Assembly (NCBI GenBank): GCA_043228905.1
Contig: JBHGNT010000020.1
Location: forward strand, 13,392,001-13,456,000
Source of the DNA: Azolla caroliniana
Taxonomy: Eukaryota > Plantae > Polypodiophyta
DNA: 64,000 bases
Direction: 5' to 3'
Shown: positions 25,701 through 39,300 of the stretch, one piece after another
Layout: every line of letters starts with the position of its first letter
How positions within the stretch are numbered: the first letter of the stretch is position 1
Program-made: the position numbers and the translations under genes
The notes under the pieces: model-generated
Told to the model about the DNA's origin: nothing
Databases searched by the model: none
The model's input: the letters and a program-made list of their open reading frames with translations, nothing else

Positions 25701-27829
25701 GTTCTCTTTGCAAGTGTGCAACTATCCTAGAGTGTAGTCTAACAAACCATGAAAATGTTGAGTGTAGACCATCATAGACAAAAAAGAAGAAGGAAAGCTC
25801 ATATATTTAAAGATTTCTTAAAATGTTGGGGGATGAAGACCTTTGTCCTTTTGTACCTAAAAAACTCTCTTTTTAATTTAAAAACTTATGTTCAAAAGAA
25901 GGAAATCACATCTCGGAAACATTAAAGTATTAGGAAACACATGCTAAATCATGTTCTTGGGTGATGTTATGCGATACAAATGTAATTATAAATGTGTGAG
26001 GTCATGATTGAATCATACACGCAATGTCCATTGTCAACATTAAAACGACACATCATAGACATGAATCCATGATGCAGAGAGTGATTTTATTTGAAGACCA
26101 CCTATTGAGGCATATTGTTCTATTCGTGAGAAAAGAGATGCTACGAATAACTAGAAATAAGATTTTGAGTCCAAAATGGTAGGGTATGTTCAAATATGTA
26201 AACTTTGGCTTCTGATTTTAATTTTGCACACATGTAAAGAGAATCATGATAATTACAGTTTATATCATTGTATTCTAGGTGGTTTTTCATCATTTTAGTG
26301 TTTAACATAAAAAATAACTATGAGGCACTTTCGGTGTGGTACTATAAGTATAGAAACATAAAAACAACACCCTTATTTAAAGCAAAAAAATAGAATGGTA
26401 ACCTTTTGCTAAGTGCTATCGTATGTATGTTTAAGTTCATACGAAAGGGTCCACTTAAGTGGCTTAAGCTGGTTTCTAGTTTTTTCAACATCGATATGGA
26501 TAAGTGTGCAACTAATAGTTTACACTTTGCATTCTATATAATACACTAATGAGGCAATTAGACATAGTAATATGCTTTTCTTGTGTATACCTAATTCTCA
26601 TTAGTAAGTTTCAGTACGTTCACTTGATGAGAGGGGAGGTTTAATGCTTATAAGATCAAACTCAAAACAATGCATTTAAGAATCCTTATTGACTTTATAC
26701 ATATATGTAAGTTCATATGATACAAGGCACAACGTGTGTTAGGGACAACATGTTGGAATAACTTCACACAACGGTATCATAACAATACCAATAATATCAT
26801 GAAGGTTAATAATTCAATTATACAATTTGTGTCACACGATTTCAACTTATTCAACATAACATTCCATACCTTAGACATGAATGATCACATGCTAGAAAGA
26901 AAAATAAAGAGTTATTTAAAAGACAAATCAATCAACTTGAACTTGCATATATCCCTTAATTTGCCTCTACAAATGCGTTACATTGATATGATTACTCTAT
27001 GAGTGTTAAATGTTCTTTAAAATCTTGAGGAGGACATACTATGTTTTGGTTTATACCATTTTCTAAAGAGAATGCCAAATAATAACACCTTCATCAAAAG
27101 TCCAAGAGCTTCAAATTTAAATATTGTTGTCGGAGTAGCAAGAGAACCTCACCAAAGGCAATACATTCGTAGAAGTTGCACCATTACCTTGCTAGATCTT
27201 CCGGCATTCAATGAACATGATCACGTTATACCTCTTGTATGAAAGCCCATATAACCTCAATGATGATGAGTCTAATAACAATGTAATCACAATCCACATC
27301 TATCTTGAGCGTCTAATATATACTCCTATTGGTCTGTCTTTGATTAATCCTTAATAATTATTCCATTATGTTTAGCTTCATCTATGATCCTCCATATCAA
27401 TGTTAAACTACACAAATGTAGCCAAATTTTGATCTTGAGATGGTCCTAATTTTGCACACATAATTTTGATCTTGAGATGGCCCTAACTTTGGACACATGG
27501 AGGCATTTTAAGGAAACTTAATCAAACACATTTCTCAACATATTCATTGCTATGAAGCTTTTTATCAAATCAAATATATGAGGAAAATGGGCAAAGATGG
27601 GAATTTATCAATTGCCCATCCTAGGCATCCCGTACATGTTATTTGTTTCTTGCTAAAAAAAGTCGTCTTTTGATGATGACCCTTTTTCATCACAAACAAT
27701 ATAGTACATCAAGCATGGCACAATGTGATGCATTGCCTAATATTTACAAATATATTAACATACACTACATAAGTCCCTACTGGTGGGAGCATGGCAACGT
27801 GGGAACCTTAGCTCTCCTAATTGTGTAGA

Positions 27830-28448
27830 GTGCCCACATGCAATAGAATCAATACGACACGCTCTGTGGGTTTGCCCAACGTCCCATCGAATATGGCGAG
27901 GGGTTGGCCACTTATTGTAATTATGCCAGGTGCAAGGCTCAATCAAGTGGGGAAATATATGTTGGCTATCATGGCAGGCCGCAATTGGCAGATACGAGCA
28001 TCAGGAGGAGGGGATGACTTTGGTGATAAAAGCACAAGAGGTCCTTTTCTCCTCCAATGGCAATGTCCACTCCATTCCTCCTAATGACAAATCTCAAGAG
28101 GTGTTGGAATTGGTCAACCCAATAGCCCTTTGGATTCTATGGAAACAATGATGTAGGCAAGTTTTCTCCAACCAAACCGCACATCCAACAAGGTTACTGC
28201 AAGAGATATGGAGTGAAATTGTAGCCACTCTAAAGAGCCAATATGATGTCCTTAAGGGCGACTCCGAGGGAATTGAAAGACAACAAATAGCCTTCATCCA
28301 ACAATGGTCGTCCTCTCCCTTTCTTGAGTTAATGGGCATCCACATAAGATGGAACTATCGCGTCCCTTCAAGGATTTTTACATAATCGTCTCATTTTGTA
28401 AAATTTTATAACTAATGGAAGGAGGTTTTTTTTTGGAAAAAAAAAAAC
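27830..28448 (+). mobile_element. Decayed 3' end of an L1-type LINE (family B)
   Basis: LWILWKQ*CRQVF and IRWNYRVP align with the C-terminus of the 9908..11206 ORF. It ends in ACTAATGGAAGGAGG-T9-GG-A11. An inverted homolog lies at 56975-57570. Confidence 0.8.
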
Positions 28449-30340
28449 ATCATGACAAATAAACACTACAAGAGTGTACATAAACATGTTTGAAGGTAGA
28501 AAAGATGTGAAGTTTAATATGTGGTCATACATCCTAGATGTACATGGTAACAATACCAATGATCATGGCAACAGTACCAAATGATCATGGCACTAAATCA
28601 ATCCACAATTGTACACATTGTGGAATTTTTTGGTCAATACCCAATATTTGACAACTGGAACCAAACTAGGGATTCACAAAAACAAAGCATGTCCATATAC
28701 ATCATGTATGTTTTCATGGACATGTGAAATTCAGCTATCTACTTCAAGTGAAGATTTGACTTGTTAAAGTAACATAAGGTAAACTCTATAATGATATTGA
28801 AGAGACCTAGAATTGAAACTCATTTAAATATTTGAAATTGTTCCATTGCCATAGAAAACAACACATGATAAAAAACGATGTTGGATTCTTGGATAGGTAT
28901 AAAATTTCCTAGAATAATAGCTCAAAAGGCGTAACTAGGAGAGAGAAGCCATTAATGATCATTCCATTTGATAAAAACATGTTACAAACCCACTCTTGGA
29001 GCACTTTTAAGAGAAACAGAAGACAAGTTTTATGTAGTGCCTTTTTTGTATCCACTACTAATAAGTAGCCACCTTGAAGTTAAATCAAATACTACTGAAA
29101 ACTCCAAATTTAGATAAATTGGTGGCGCCATTTCTGCTAATGTCTCCTCTCAGCCTTGAATCATATTCCTCTTTGATTCATATTAGTACTATAAAAAAAT
29201 TCCAAATTGATTTATGGCTTCAATAAATTTGCGAATATACATATAAATACTCAAAATTTAGATTCAACCATCACACAATATATGACGAACATCACTACAT
29301 TCATATGGTTGCGGATTTACATTATCATCTATATAGTGAATTAATAATCTGCAAACATCGTGTGCATTCTCTACATCTCAAATAAAGAATCTCTGCAATG
29401 TGCTCCAAATCATACTCTGTCAAGGCTCTGATATCACCTTTGAAATAAGTGCTTTACAGGTAAAGTGATGAGACAAGCTATTTAAGGATATGAAGATAAA
29501 TAAAGTTAGAAAGTAAGGATGTTTCTTCAGTTGAGCATCAGTTACCCTGACTATCATTCTGGCCCTTGATTTTTAGAACTTATGATTTAATGGCTATAAC
29601 TAAATGCAGATTAGTGACAATATCAATCATCGAACTATCGTTTTGGGCCATCTAGAAGCATAAAAGATTAATGATGCTAAAAACTTTGCAGGACCACAAG
29701 TAGAAACAAGAGTACTTTTGTCTGTAAACTTGATAGCTGTGTAATCTCTATATTTCTTTTAGCCTTTTGTACTCACGTTCAACTAATGCAGTATTCTGGA
29801 ATGCTTGAAACTATTGTTTGTTTGCTCTGCAAAAAAGCAAAGTTGGCAGAAACATCACAGAGCAAAATATATATCGTCTGTAATGGCAGCTAAAAGACCA
29901 TAATGGCCAATCAGACCATTATGCTTATGTTAACTTGTCAATCCTAGTAACCAAACTAAATAAATGAAGAATGTCTTTTACTCAAACTTCCTAAAGCTAA
30001 ACGGTTTGGAATATAATCATGAATAGCCGATAATCAGTTTTTCTAAAGATTCTAATGGTAATGATATCATAGCATACTCATCAAGTGATTACGGCGAGAA
30101 AAGCAAATTACTAGATGTTTCTCTGTCAGGAAAATCACATAGAAAAATAAGGGACACAGGTGCTTGCAAGACAAAACCATCGCTTCTCCAAATTAATAAA
30201 TGTCTTTACAAAATGAATGTTCAAATAATGGATATTCAACATATCAAGACTTCATCCAAAACCAAAAGAGATCCTTCAGGGTGTAGTATTGTCGTGTTTT
30301 TCTGACATCGGGACATCTGTGGGAGATGGAGAATTTTCTG

Positions 30341-33300
30341 TTATTGTGCAGTCAATAACCTTTTCAGGTCCTCGCTGATCCAAAATCTGACTAAGAAGGA
30401 ATCAAAGATGATCTGTGACAGTCTCAAACTAAGTTAGCTCTTGGCAATATTGTCATAAATTCTTATGGCCTGTAATTAATAAGCTCTTCACAGTCTATTA
30501 TGGTGGCTTTTATATTTTGCATCAGCTGGCACATTTTCATATCCTGAACTAACTAAAATGGAAAGAGGGAAAACAAGGTAACAATTTCCACAAATACGTA
30601 AGGCAGATGATTACCTGGGATATGTGTGCAATAAGACAAGGCAGGACAAGTAGACCTGCTTCACCCAATACGCCACCAAGGCTTCCAATGACCGCAATTG
30701 CTATTGGAAATGTTTTCTGTGATGATTTTTTTTACTCAAAACATGAATGAAAATAAATCATTTCTATTTTCTGTTGCATCATAATATTGATAGTTTGTAT
30801 TACATCCATAGAAGAAACATAAAAGTTAGTCAAGACATATGGTAAATTTGGTTGCAAGTCGTTAACATGGAAGCTCACAATCAAGAAGCTTGGGACTCCA
30901 ATAGCTATTTGGAAACCATATGTTTAGAAAATGCAAATAGTGATCCACATATTCAAATACACAAAAGTAGTACGTTTACAATGTGAAAATTTGTTTTATC
31001 TAAGTTTTCTAAATTTGACTAGAGGGGTGCCCAATTGAACCAGTTGTAAGACTCCATAGTACATTAAAGAAATGCTGCAGATTGTAATCTCCTATGTGAC
31101 GAGCCTGCCTATATTAGAGAACATGATACAGCAGTGCCTGCTTTCTCACATAAATCCGATTGTATGCATGACCTTCTGGCATTCAATGAACATGATCACG
31201 TTATACCTCTTGAATGAGAGCCCATATAACCTCAATGATGACGAGTCTAATAACAATGTTATCACAATCCACATATATCTTGAGTGTCTAACATAAATCT
31301 GACACCAGCACAGCAATCAAGGAACCAAGAGAGACAGAGATTTGTTTCACCCAACATTATCCTATCCGAGACAGGACAGGGAAAACATCTATTAGAGCTC
31401 AATTCTCGTCATCACCTAGTTATCTGCAACCGGATGAACTCATGGTCAGATTCTAGGAGGGCCTTCTCTACCACTGACCACATCCTTAATCACATTGCTT
31501 GGTGGACCAAGCAAAGGCACGAAAGAAGCAATTGTATGGAAGCTTTGTATATTCAAACAATACCTTTGATATTGTACCAAAGGAACATCTCCTTCAAAGA
31601 CTTCACCTGAAATTCCCTCTGACATGATGTGGACAATATATGCACTATATGAGCAAGTTTTGGGACAAGCAGGTGTCTGGGAGGGCTATTAGAGATAATC
31701 AAAAGCATCATCAATGTCAAGCAACGACTACATCACATGTGGAGGCCATGAGGGAATCAATATAGTAGGCTCATGAATCCACATTCTTCTTTATACTGAT
31801 GACATAATCCTGTTCTCATGCATTTCTCAATGCCTACATCGTTTTTGCTGCGAAAAAGGCTCTCGGTAAACTTACAAAGACCAAGGAAATGATCATACAC
31901 ACATCTACGCTAACTCACCGACAATTTGTCTTCATACTTTTAGGAGGATATGTTGAAATAGTGGAATATTAAGGTCTAGCCATTTCAAGGAACCCCATAC
32001 CACAGTATGATTGTTCCACATCAGTCATCCCTGTTCTCATGTAAAACTGCTACCATATGGGCTGCAAGCCTCCCCATGTACATGTGCACATAAATAGACG
32101 TGCATTAGTCAAGATGTTGTCGCCGAAGATACATAGCAAAGCATCCACCCCACACAATCATCCACACTTCCAACATTTAGCAGCCATGAAGAAAGATAGA
32201 AAGAAAGAAAGAAATATTAATGACTTTTAAGAGGCAAGAATAGCCTGAAAGACCAACTAAGAGATTAAAATGTTGTCTCATCTTTGAAAACAACAACCTA
32301 AATTAAATGTAGCTAAGTAAAATAATAAATAAAATTAGAATTAAGATGTGACTAAAGAATCTCGTCATCTATACATGAAAGATTCTCAAGTCAGATGTAT
32401 TCTAACTTTGTCTTTGAAATATCTCTAGCAAGGTCAATCCAGAACGGAGAGGTGTCTGATGCAGGAAGCAACTGTTACTCCTAGATGCACTTAGGACTGC
32501 GATTCCACATTTTCCTCTCCCTAGAGGAATTCTGGTTGTGATCTTGTTACCCATGCTTGCATGGTGTTAAACACCATCACTTCAGTTCTATCTATGTTTA
32601 CCAACAAAATACTTTTGAGGCCTTTAATTGTCTTTGTCGTCTCTCTGGAGTGTCCGAGATCAGCACAATATCATCAGCATGTAGTAATGTTTGTATCACT
32701 ATAGCTGCTAGGTTTTTTGCTCCTGAACAGCTGAGCCTCTCTATGTTGGTTGCGGTAGTTTAAAGGCAGAAATTTCATCCATCTAACCTCAGCATGCTAA
32801 GTAGCTAATAAGAACATCCAATACCTTACAGAGTTTTAATAATTTAGTTAAATTTATTTTTGTATGTTGTCAAATGTGAGACAAATAAAATATGATGTTC
32901 ATTTGTACAAGGCCCTAGAGGCTGACTTGCAATAAGGATAGAATGTACCATAATTCACTGTGAAAAAATTCAAGAATCAACCACTACAAAATCTTCAAAG
33001 GAAACATATGCCCAAATGGAATACAGCTATAAATTCAAGTTGTGTGAAAATAAGAAGCAAAATGTTGAGAGAACTTAGAAGCACCTGGCTACCAGTAAGG
33101 ATAATAGCCCATGCAGTAGACTTCTTCTGGAAGCTCTTAGTCTCAATGTAAGAATTCAGCAATTGCATTCCAAATATATTCAATAGCAGGAACACAAAAT
33201 GTACAGCCCTGTAATGAAATATGTTGTCTCCATCATAACCTTAGAATGTTTGATGAAGGTGTATAGTAATTCTTACATGGCAAGAAAAGCTGCAAAAGTA

Positions 33301-36300
33301 AAACTCCATACGTCCAAGCTTAATAGTTTATCCCGGCCACAACTAACTTGCATCCATGGTACCTATACGATGAACCGTTTATCCGTCAAATACATGTGGA
33401 TGTTGTATATCATATTTCAGTCACATACATGGAAAGATAAGCTCCACGATTTAGCATAGTTGTCATAGACCTACACTCATGTGTGACCTTGACCATATTA
33501 AGAAATTAAATTCAAGATTACTTGAAGTTTGCAAAAAGCAATCAATACAACAAAAGATTTCTACTGAATGCCGATGAACAGCCATTCAAACCTTTCAGAG
33601 AATATAAAAATCTCCCATTTTATTCCACAAAACTTAAAATGATTAAAGAGCTGAAATTCATCCATGTAACTTAGTTTTTGTATCTTCAATATGTATGTTT
33701 CTCATCTTTATATATTTGTAAGAAAGGTTTGTCAACTATGAATTACCAGGCTAAGAAAAAAACTGCTCATCATGGATAATTCCTCTTTTCTCTGATTGAT
33801 AATTTTTGCAGACCCTGCAAATAACATGACAAAATACTAGTAAATCATGAATAGTCAGACAGTACACTCATTGCATTATCTATGAATCTCTCTACACCCA
33901 TCATGTGTAATTAATTCCTGTGGACAATGTTATCTAGATGTTATGAACTATCTACATATGAAGGCAACCTGCAAACCTTTCTATAAACAATGAAACAAAC
34001 TTTTCATTCCAGCTTATAGTGTGATACTTTCAATTATCACTTGTGGATTTGATTGTTATTATATCGTATGTGATATATATACATGATTTATGGCTTTTCA
34101 ATGACTGAGTAATTCGTTAAAGCTCTTGCATGCAACAATGTTTTTGGTATTATTAGATAAATCTATATATATTTTTGATTGATCGCAACCTTGGCCTACT
34201 TATCAACCGCTTTCCAATGCACTGGAAATCTGAAAGAAACCCATTTCCTTGATATTGTTGTCCACTATGCAGGCTGATTCAAACAGTTATACCAATCTCA
34301 ACCTATTATTCAGAAGAAATTTACAGTTCAGAAGACTGCAACGTGGAGAAAATACATTGATTGGACCTCTTCATCAATGAAACATTATGTTTGCCTATGC
34401 ACAAAGCACACATGGCCACTAATATTACAGCATCCACCATTCCAACAAAAGAAACTTCATACTGCTCAACCAAAAGATCTTGATCCAAACATCTCAAAAG
34501 AGGTCACATGAGAGAAAGGAACAGGGACTTGCATTGCAGATTGGAGAGATTTTATAGTGCATAGTTGCTCATTTTACAGGTTTGTTTGGAAAAGCAAACC
34601 GTGCTGATTTCACAATAGACAGTGGAGTGTTTCGCACATTCGAACCTTCATGCGTGTAGAAAGGTTTATATTTAGCATAGCTTTCCAAGGAATAAAAGGG
34701 AGGTATTGGTCATCAGTAGAAACTCCCCTTCAACATATTTCATTCTTTCCATACTTTAAACAAAGAAATATCTCTTAGTTCAATAATATTGCAATTGGGT
34801 TTTCTTTATGTTTTTAGTGTTCACAGGTTTTAGGAAATTGAAACAGAATTATGACTCTCTAAATATTGTCTACTGTATGGGATACTTGCACATGGTCTTA
34901 CAGTTGGTATTCAAACACAGGAAGATGCCCTTTGCAGGATTGTGAGATGGTTAGATCATGGGTGGCTGTATGGGTTACAGTTCTTTATAAAAAAGAGTTT
35001 TTTCCTTCAACCAAAACTTTAAAACCTATTTCCTGTAATCTACCTTCTTTATTTAAGTGATTGTGAGAGGTTTCTATCAATGCACAGAGTTAAATGACAT
35101 GCATTCTATAATAGGCATAGTATATTCGTTAATGCAGGAGTTATATTTTGGCATTTGACTTTTTTAGTTTATACACATGATTTAAAAATATACGACTAAC
35201 ATTTAAGTTATGTTGGCAACCATAAATTTTGCATTTTATCATTTGATGTCTCATGAAACTATAAGTACACATCATCAGACTTATGAGGATACTATAAGTA
35301 TTTATCATAAGAGTTCAAAAAACATATTAAATAAATAAACTATTGAAAACAAGGGCATACGCAGAATCTGTTCAGATTGGTACCAGGAACAATCGTTTGA
35401 ATCACCTATAAAAAAGTCAAAAAGTAACATTAGTAGTAAATATTTTGCTTGTATATAAATGATCATATGACGTCTGAGCATAACTATGATTGCTTCTCCT
35501 AATAGAGAAATCATCCAGTGTCAAATGAAACATCTCCTCATGCAACAACTACAAACCCTCTAGAAACTCGCAATGACTCATCACTATCTATAACCTTTAA
35601 GACAAACATGCAGATGAGCAATGGCAGAAAATAAACATATGCAATAAAAAGTACTTAAATCCATCAATATTATAAAGCAAAAAGGCACATACGCACTCAT
35701 ACTTTTCCAATAAACAAGGGCACCAATAGTGTGTCCGCGAGTCCTCTCATAAGGAGGGCGGTAGGTATAGAGATACCCAAGCCTCGAGCCACCAATTTTG
35801 ACACCATGAAAGGAACCTGCAAGGCATTCAAAAACAGAATTGATCAATTTTCAGTAGTTAAAATACAAGAATTATTGATTGTGATTGATATGCGTATATA
35901 GTGCCCAATTTTCTTCTACTTATGAGAGAGAAAACGATGGATCATGCCTATATCTTTATATTCATAGACATTTCTTGATTGATATATGCATCAGAGAGCT
36001 GACAGGCCTTTCACTAGTTCAAGGAAACAAATATAACTTCCAAGTGGACTTTAAAGAAAAATCATAGTAGCCTGTGTTGAACGATATTCATTCTTGACAA
36101 TGAATCAAATACATGTATCACGCATACCTCATGGATTCAGAATACCTGCAATTATATATTTATAATATAGAGAAAAAAAGAAAAGGAATTTCTAGTGATC
36201 ATGACAAAAGTGACTGGCCTAAAATATTTTTACAATCTTCATTTACTAAAATTTTTTTTTCACATGAATCAAATTTTGCCCCTAGCAACAATATGGGTAT

Positions 36301-39300
36301 CCCAACCCATATTTCTTCATTTGCTTACGTGCATAAAATCTGGATTCTTGGTCATAAGTAGGTTGGCCTTATGTTCCTAATCTACAGTACAAACAAACCT
36401 AGGCATCGTTGATATTGAACTAAATTGCTCTGAAAAGAAGTACAAAATCCTTTTACAGACCCATGTCCCCTTCTTATCTCATTTTCATATTGTGCATAGC
36501 AATGTCATAAATTATGGTTCTTTTATTATGAGTAGCTTAGAAATTCCCATTATGGAAATCCAAAAATAGCAAAAGAAACTGCTTTTGGTGTCTTAGCAGA
36601 ACAGTATAACCAATAAACTCCAAAACAGTAGACAAAGCAAAAGACCCATAACAATGCGATAATAAAACATAAATACCGTCAAAATTCCCAAAAGATTTGA
36701 TATTAGCATTAATGACAAAGCCATAGCCGTATTTGCTCCAGCTGCCTACAAAAGAATCTTAAAAGTGACAATATTCCTCAAACCCCAAAACTTTAATAAG
36801 CTACACTGCAGCACTTACCTGAGTTAAGGCAACTCCACTAGATAACGTAGTTGGTACACAACAAAACAAGGCCAGACCTACAGCATCAATACAAAAAGAA
36901 TTAGCAGAACATTGTAGTCTTTTAAGCAGTACTTTCTCAAAATAAAATGACGTATAATTACCAGTTATTAACTCTTGTGGAACCAGTTTCAATCGCAAAA
37001 TTAGCACTGCCACCCAAGGAGTGAGGAAGAGAACAGAGACCTGGAAAGAATGATTAGGCTGAGTGTATAACAATAATCTGTACAGAAAGATATTTTGATT
37101 GTAATAAGCATCCCACAAATATCCCAAGAGCGATAGAGTACATGAGATTTCACCATAGACTAAGGAATTGGCATCTTCATGCCTTAAATGGGAAGGTAGT
37201 GATTTTAATCATATATCTAAGTTGGGACTGATTTACAGAGCAGAAGATATTACCTTTTATGACCACTAGTAGAGCTATCACATGGCAGCTGATCATGCAA
37301 ACTTGCGCTTTAAGTTACCTAGAATATTGTGTATCAGTTCACTTGAGCAATACTCTATGTATGTGTCTGTGTAAACAGTGATAACCTACACACATCAGAC
37401 TCATTACGCTATGTTAAGGATATCACACAAGGGCTTGCAGAAGCATTCCATGAGGCAGTAAACTATGATTTCCAAATACAACTAGCCCCATACCCCCAGT
37501 ATCCCCAGGGTAGAGTTTCAGAAACATTTGATATGCTCAGGAATGGTGCGACTAAAAGACATGCTTGCAGCTTCAAGTCATATAAAGATGCAACAGCAAT
37601 CTTCCAACACACAATCAAACAGAAGATGAGCATTTTTCAACCAGCACTAACACAAATATCTGTAGGCTATTTGTGGGACAAGATCATAAAAGAGCATGGA
37701 AAACATTTGGTGGGAAGCAAACTACACTCATAACTTCAGCTAAATCTTGGCACAGATATCCAAAGGTGCTACATGAAATGCCTGAACCACCACCTTTCCT
37801 CAGCCACATGCTTTCCATCCAAGAAGTTTTGCCCCACAAGTGGTGACAAATGAAATCAATAACATACAATTTTGGGAGGCGTGACATTTAGATGGGTTAG
37901 TTGGTGAGTATTCAATGTATGCACAACTTTCATAATTCCTAGAAACCACGCCCCAATGAAGATTTGTCATTATCTGGACAAAATATGCAGATTAATTCTA
38001 GAGTTTCAATTAGCAGAGACAAGTATACATTATTCGGCAGGATAATTGAGCCTTAGGGGGGTTCACAACCTTGGACTACATATTGACTCCAATATAGAAG
38101 AGTGTACAACATAAACAGAGAATAATTGTTGTTTTGTGTACTTCAGTAAGGCCATCAACACCATACCCTATGATCGTCAAATTAGAGGCTATTAGGGTTC
38201 ATGAGGATATGCAATGGGGAATTTCTGCATAATATTGGTCAGCATCGGGAGAATCCGTATTGGCTAACAGTCTCTCTGAAGCAGCAGACAGTACTCTCAC
38301 CAACTCTCTTCAGAATACATATATATTAATCAGATATCTAACTGCACAGACAGATTGGGTGGACTGGCTGTCTTGCTGGGACTCTCATACCATACTACTA
38401 AGTAGATACCGTGGTGCTAAGTTCGGAATCTTCACAGGGGGTACAAAGATGCTTTTCTGTACAGAAAAGCTATCTCAATGAATTTTCGTAAAACTAAGAC
38501 CATGGTGTTTAACATCAAACAAGTATCAATAACCAGATCACACTATCAAGACTTGCTCAGAGAGGAAGACATGGATTACATCTAATCCTAGGTGTACTTA
38601 GGGTTCACATTCACAGGACCACAATTCTCCTTACGTGAAGCAGCCTTTGCCTGCCTTTCTTGAGTGTATGCAGCCATGGTTCACGTCAGAGACAGTTGAA
38701 CATATTCGGTTTCAAGAACCATAGACCTTTTATGTGGTGGAAAGTTACGGGCCAAGTTTTCACAACTAGAGAAATTTACAGAGGCCCCTAGTTTCAAAGA
38801 TTGCTCATATAATATGGAGCAACACATGTTCCTCATGATATAGTCCACACTAAAAACAATGCATTCCCAATAGTTACAGAGCAATATTCTGAACAGTATT
38901 TCATATTAAGCAGAATTGGAGTTAAGCCAAAGATATACAAGACAGTCATTTATATCATCAAACGATTTGGCTACCAATGGAACAATCAGTGTTGGCATGC
39001 TCAAGTGAAAGAATGGATTAAGTCACACTGTATAAGCATAGACACATTACCCCCTTTCCACTATAACCTCAACTGCCACAAGTTGATATGACCCGAGAGG
39101 AGAAGAATAGGTGATCTAAACAAATATCATCAAGGTGGATATAGAGAGGCATGGGCTAGCTCCACTGCACCACACTTGGAAGATGGTTGAATACAAGGCA
39201 TTGGTTTTACTCTCATCACCTAATTACATCAGTCAAAGATTGAGAGAGGCATGTAAACATGCAGAGCTCTGCACGGAAATGTCAATTGTGCACCAGGAGG

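Noticed and set aside
29100-30340. Possible extra BASS4 3' exons (several AG/GT-bounded segments)
   Set aside because: Exon 14 already reaches a stop at a length matching the family. No homology supports further coding exons.
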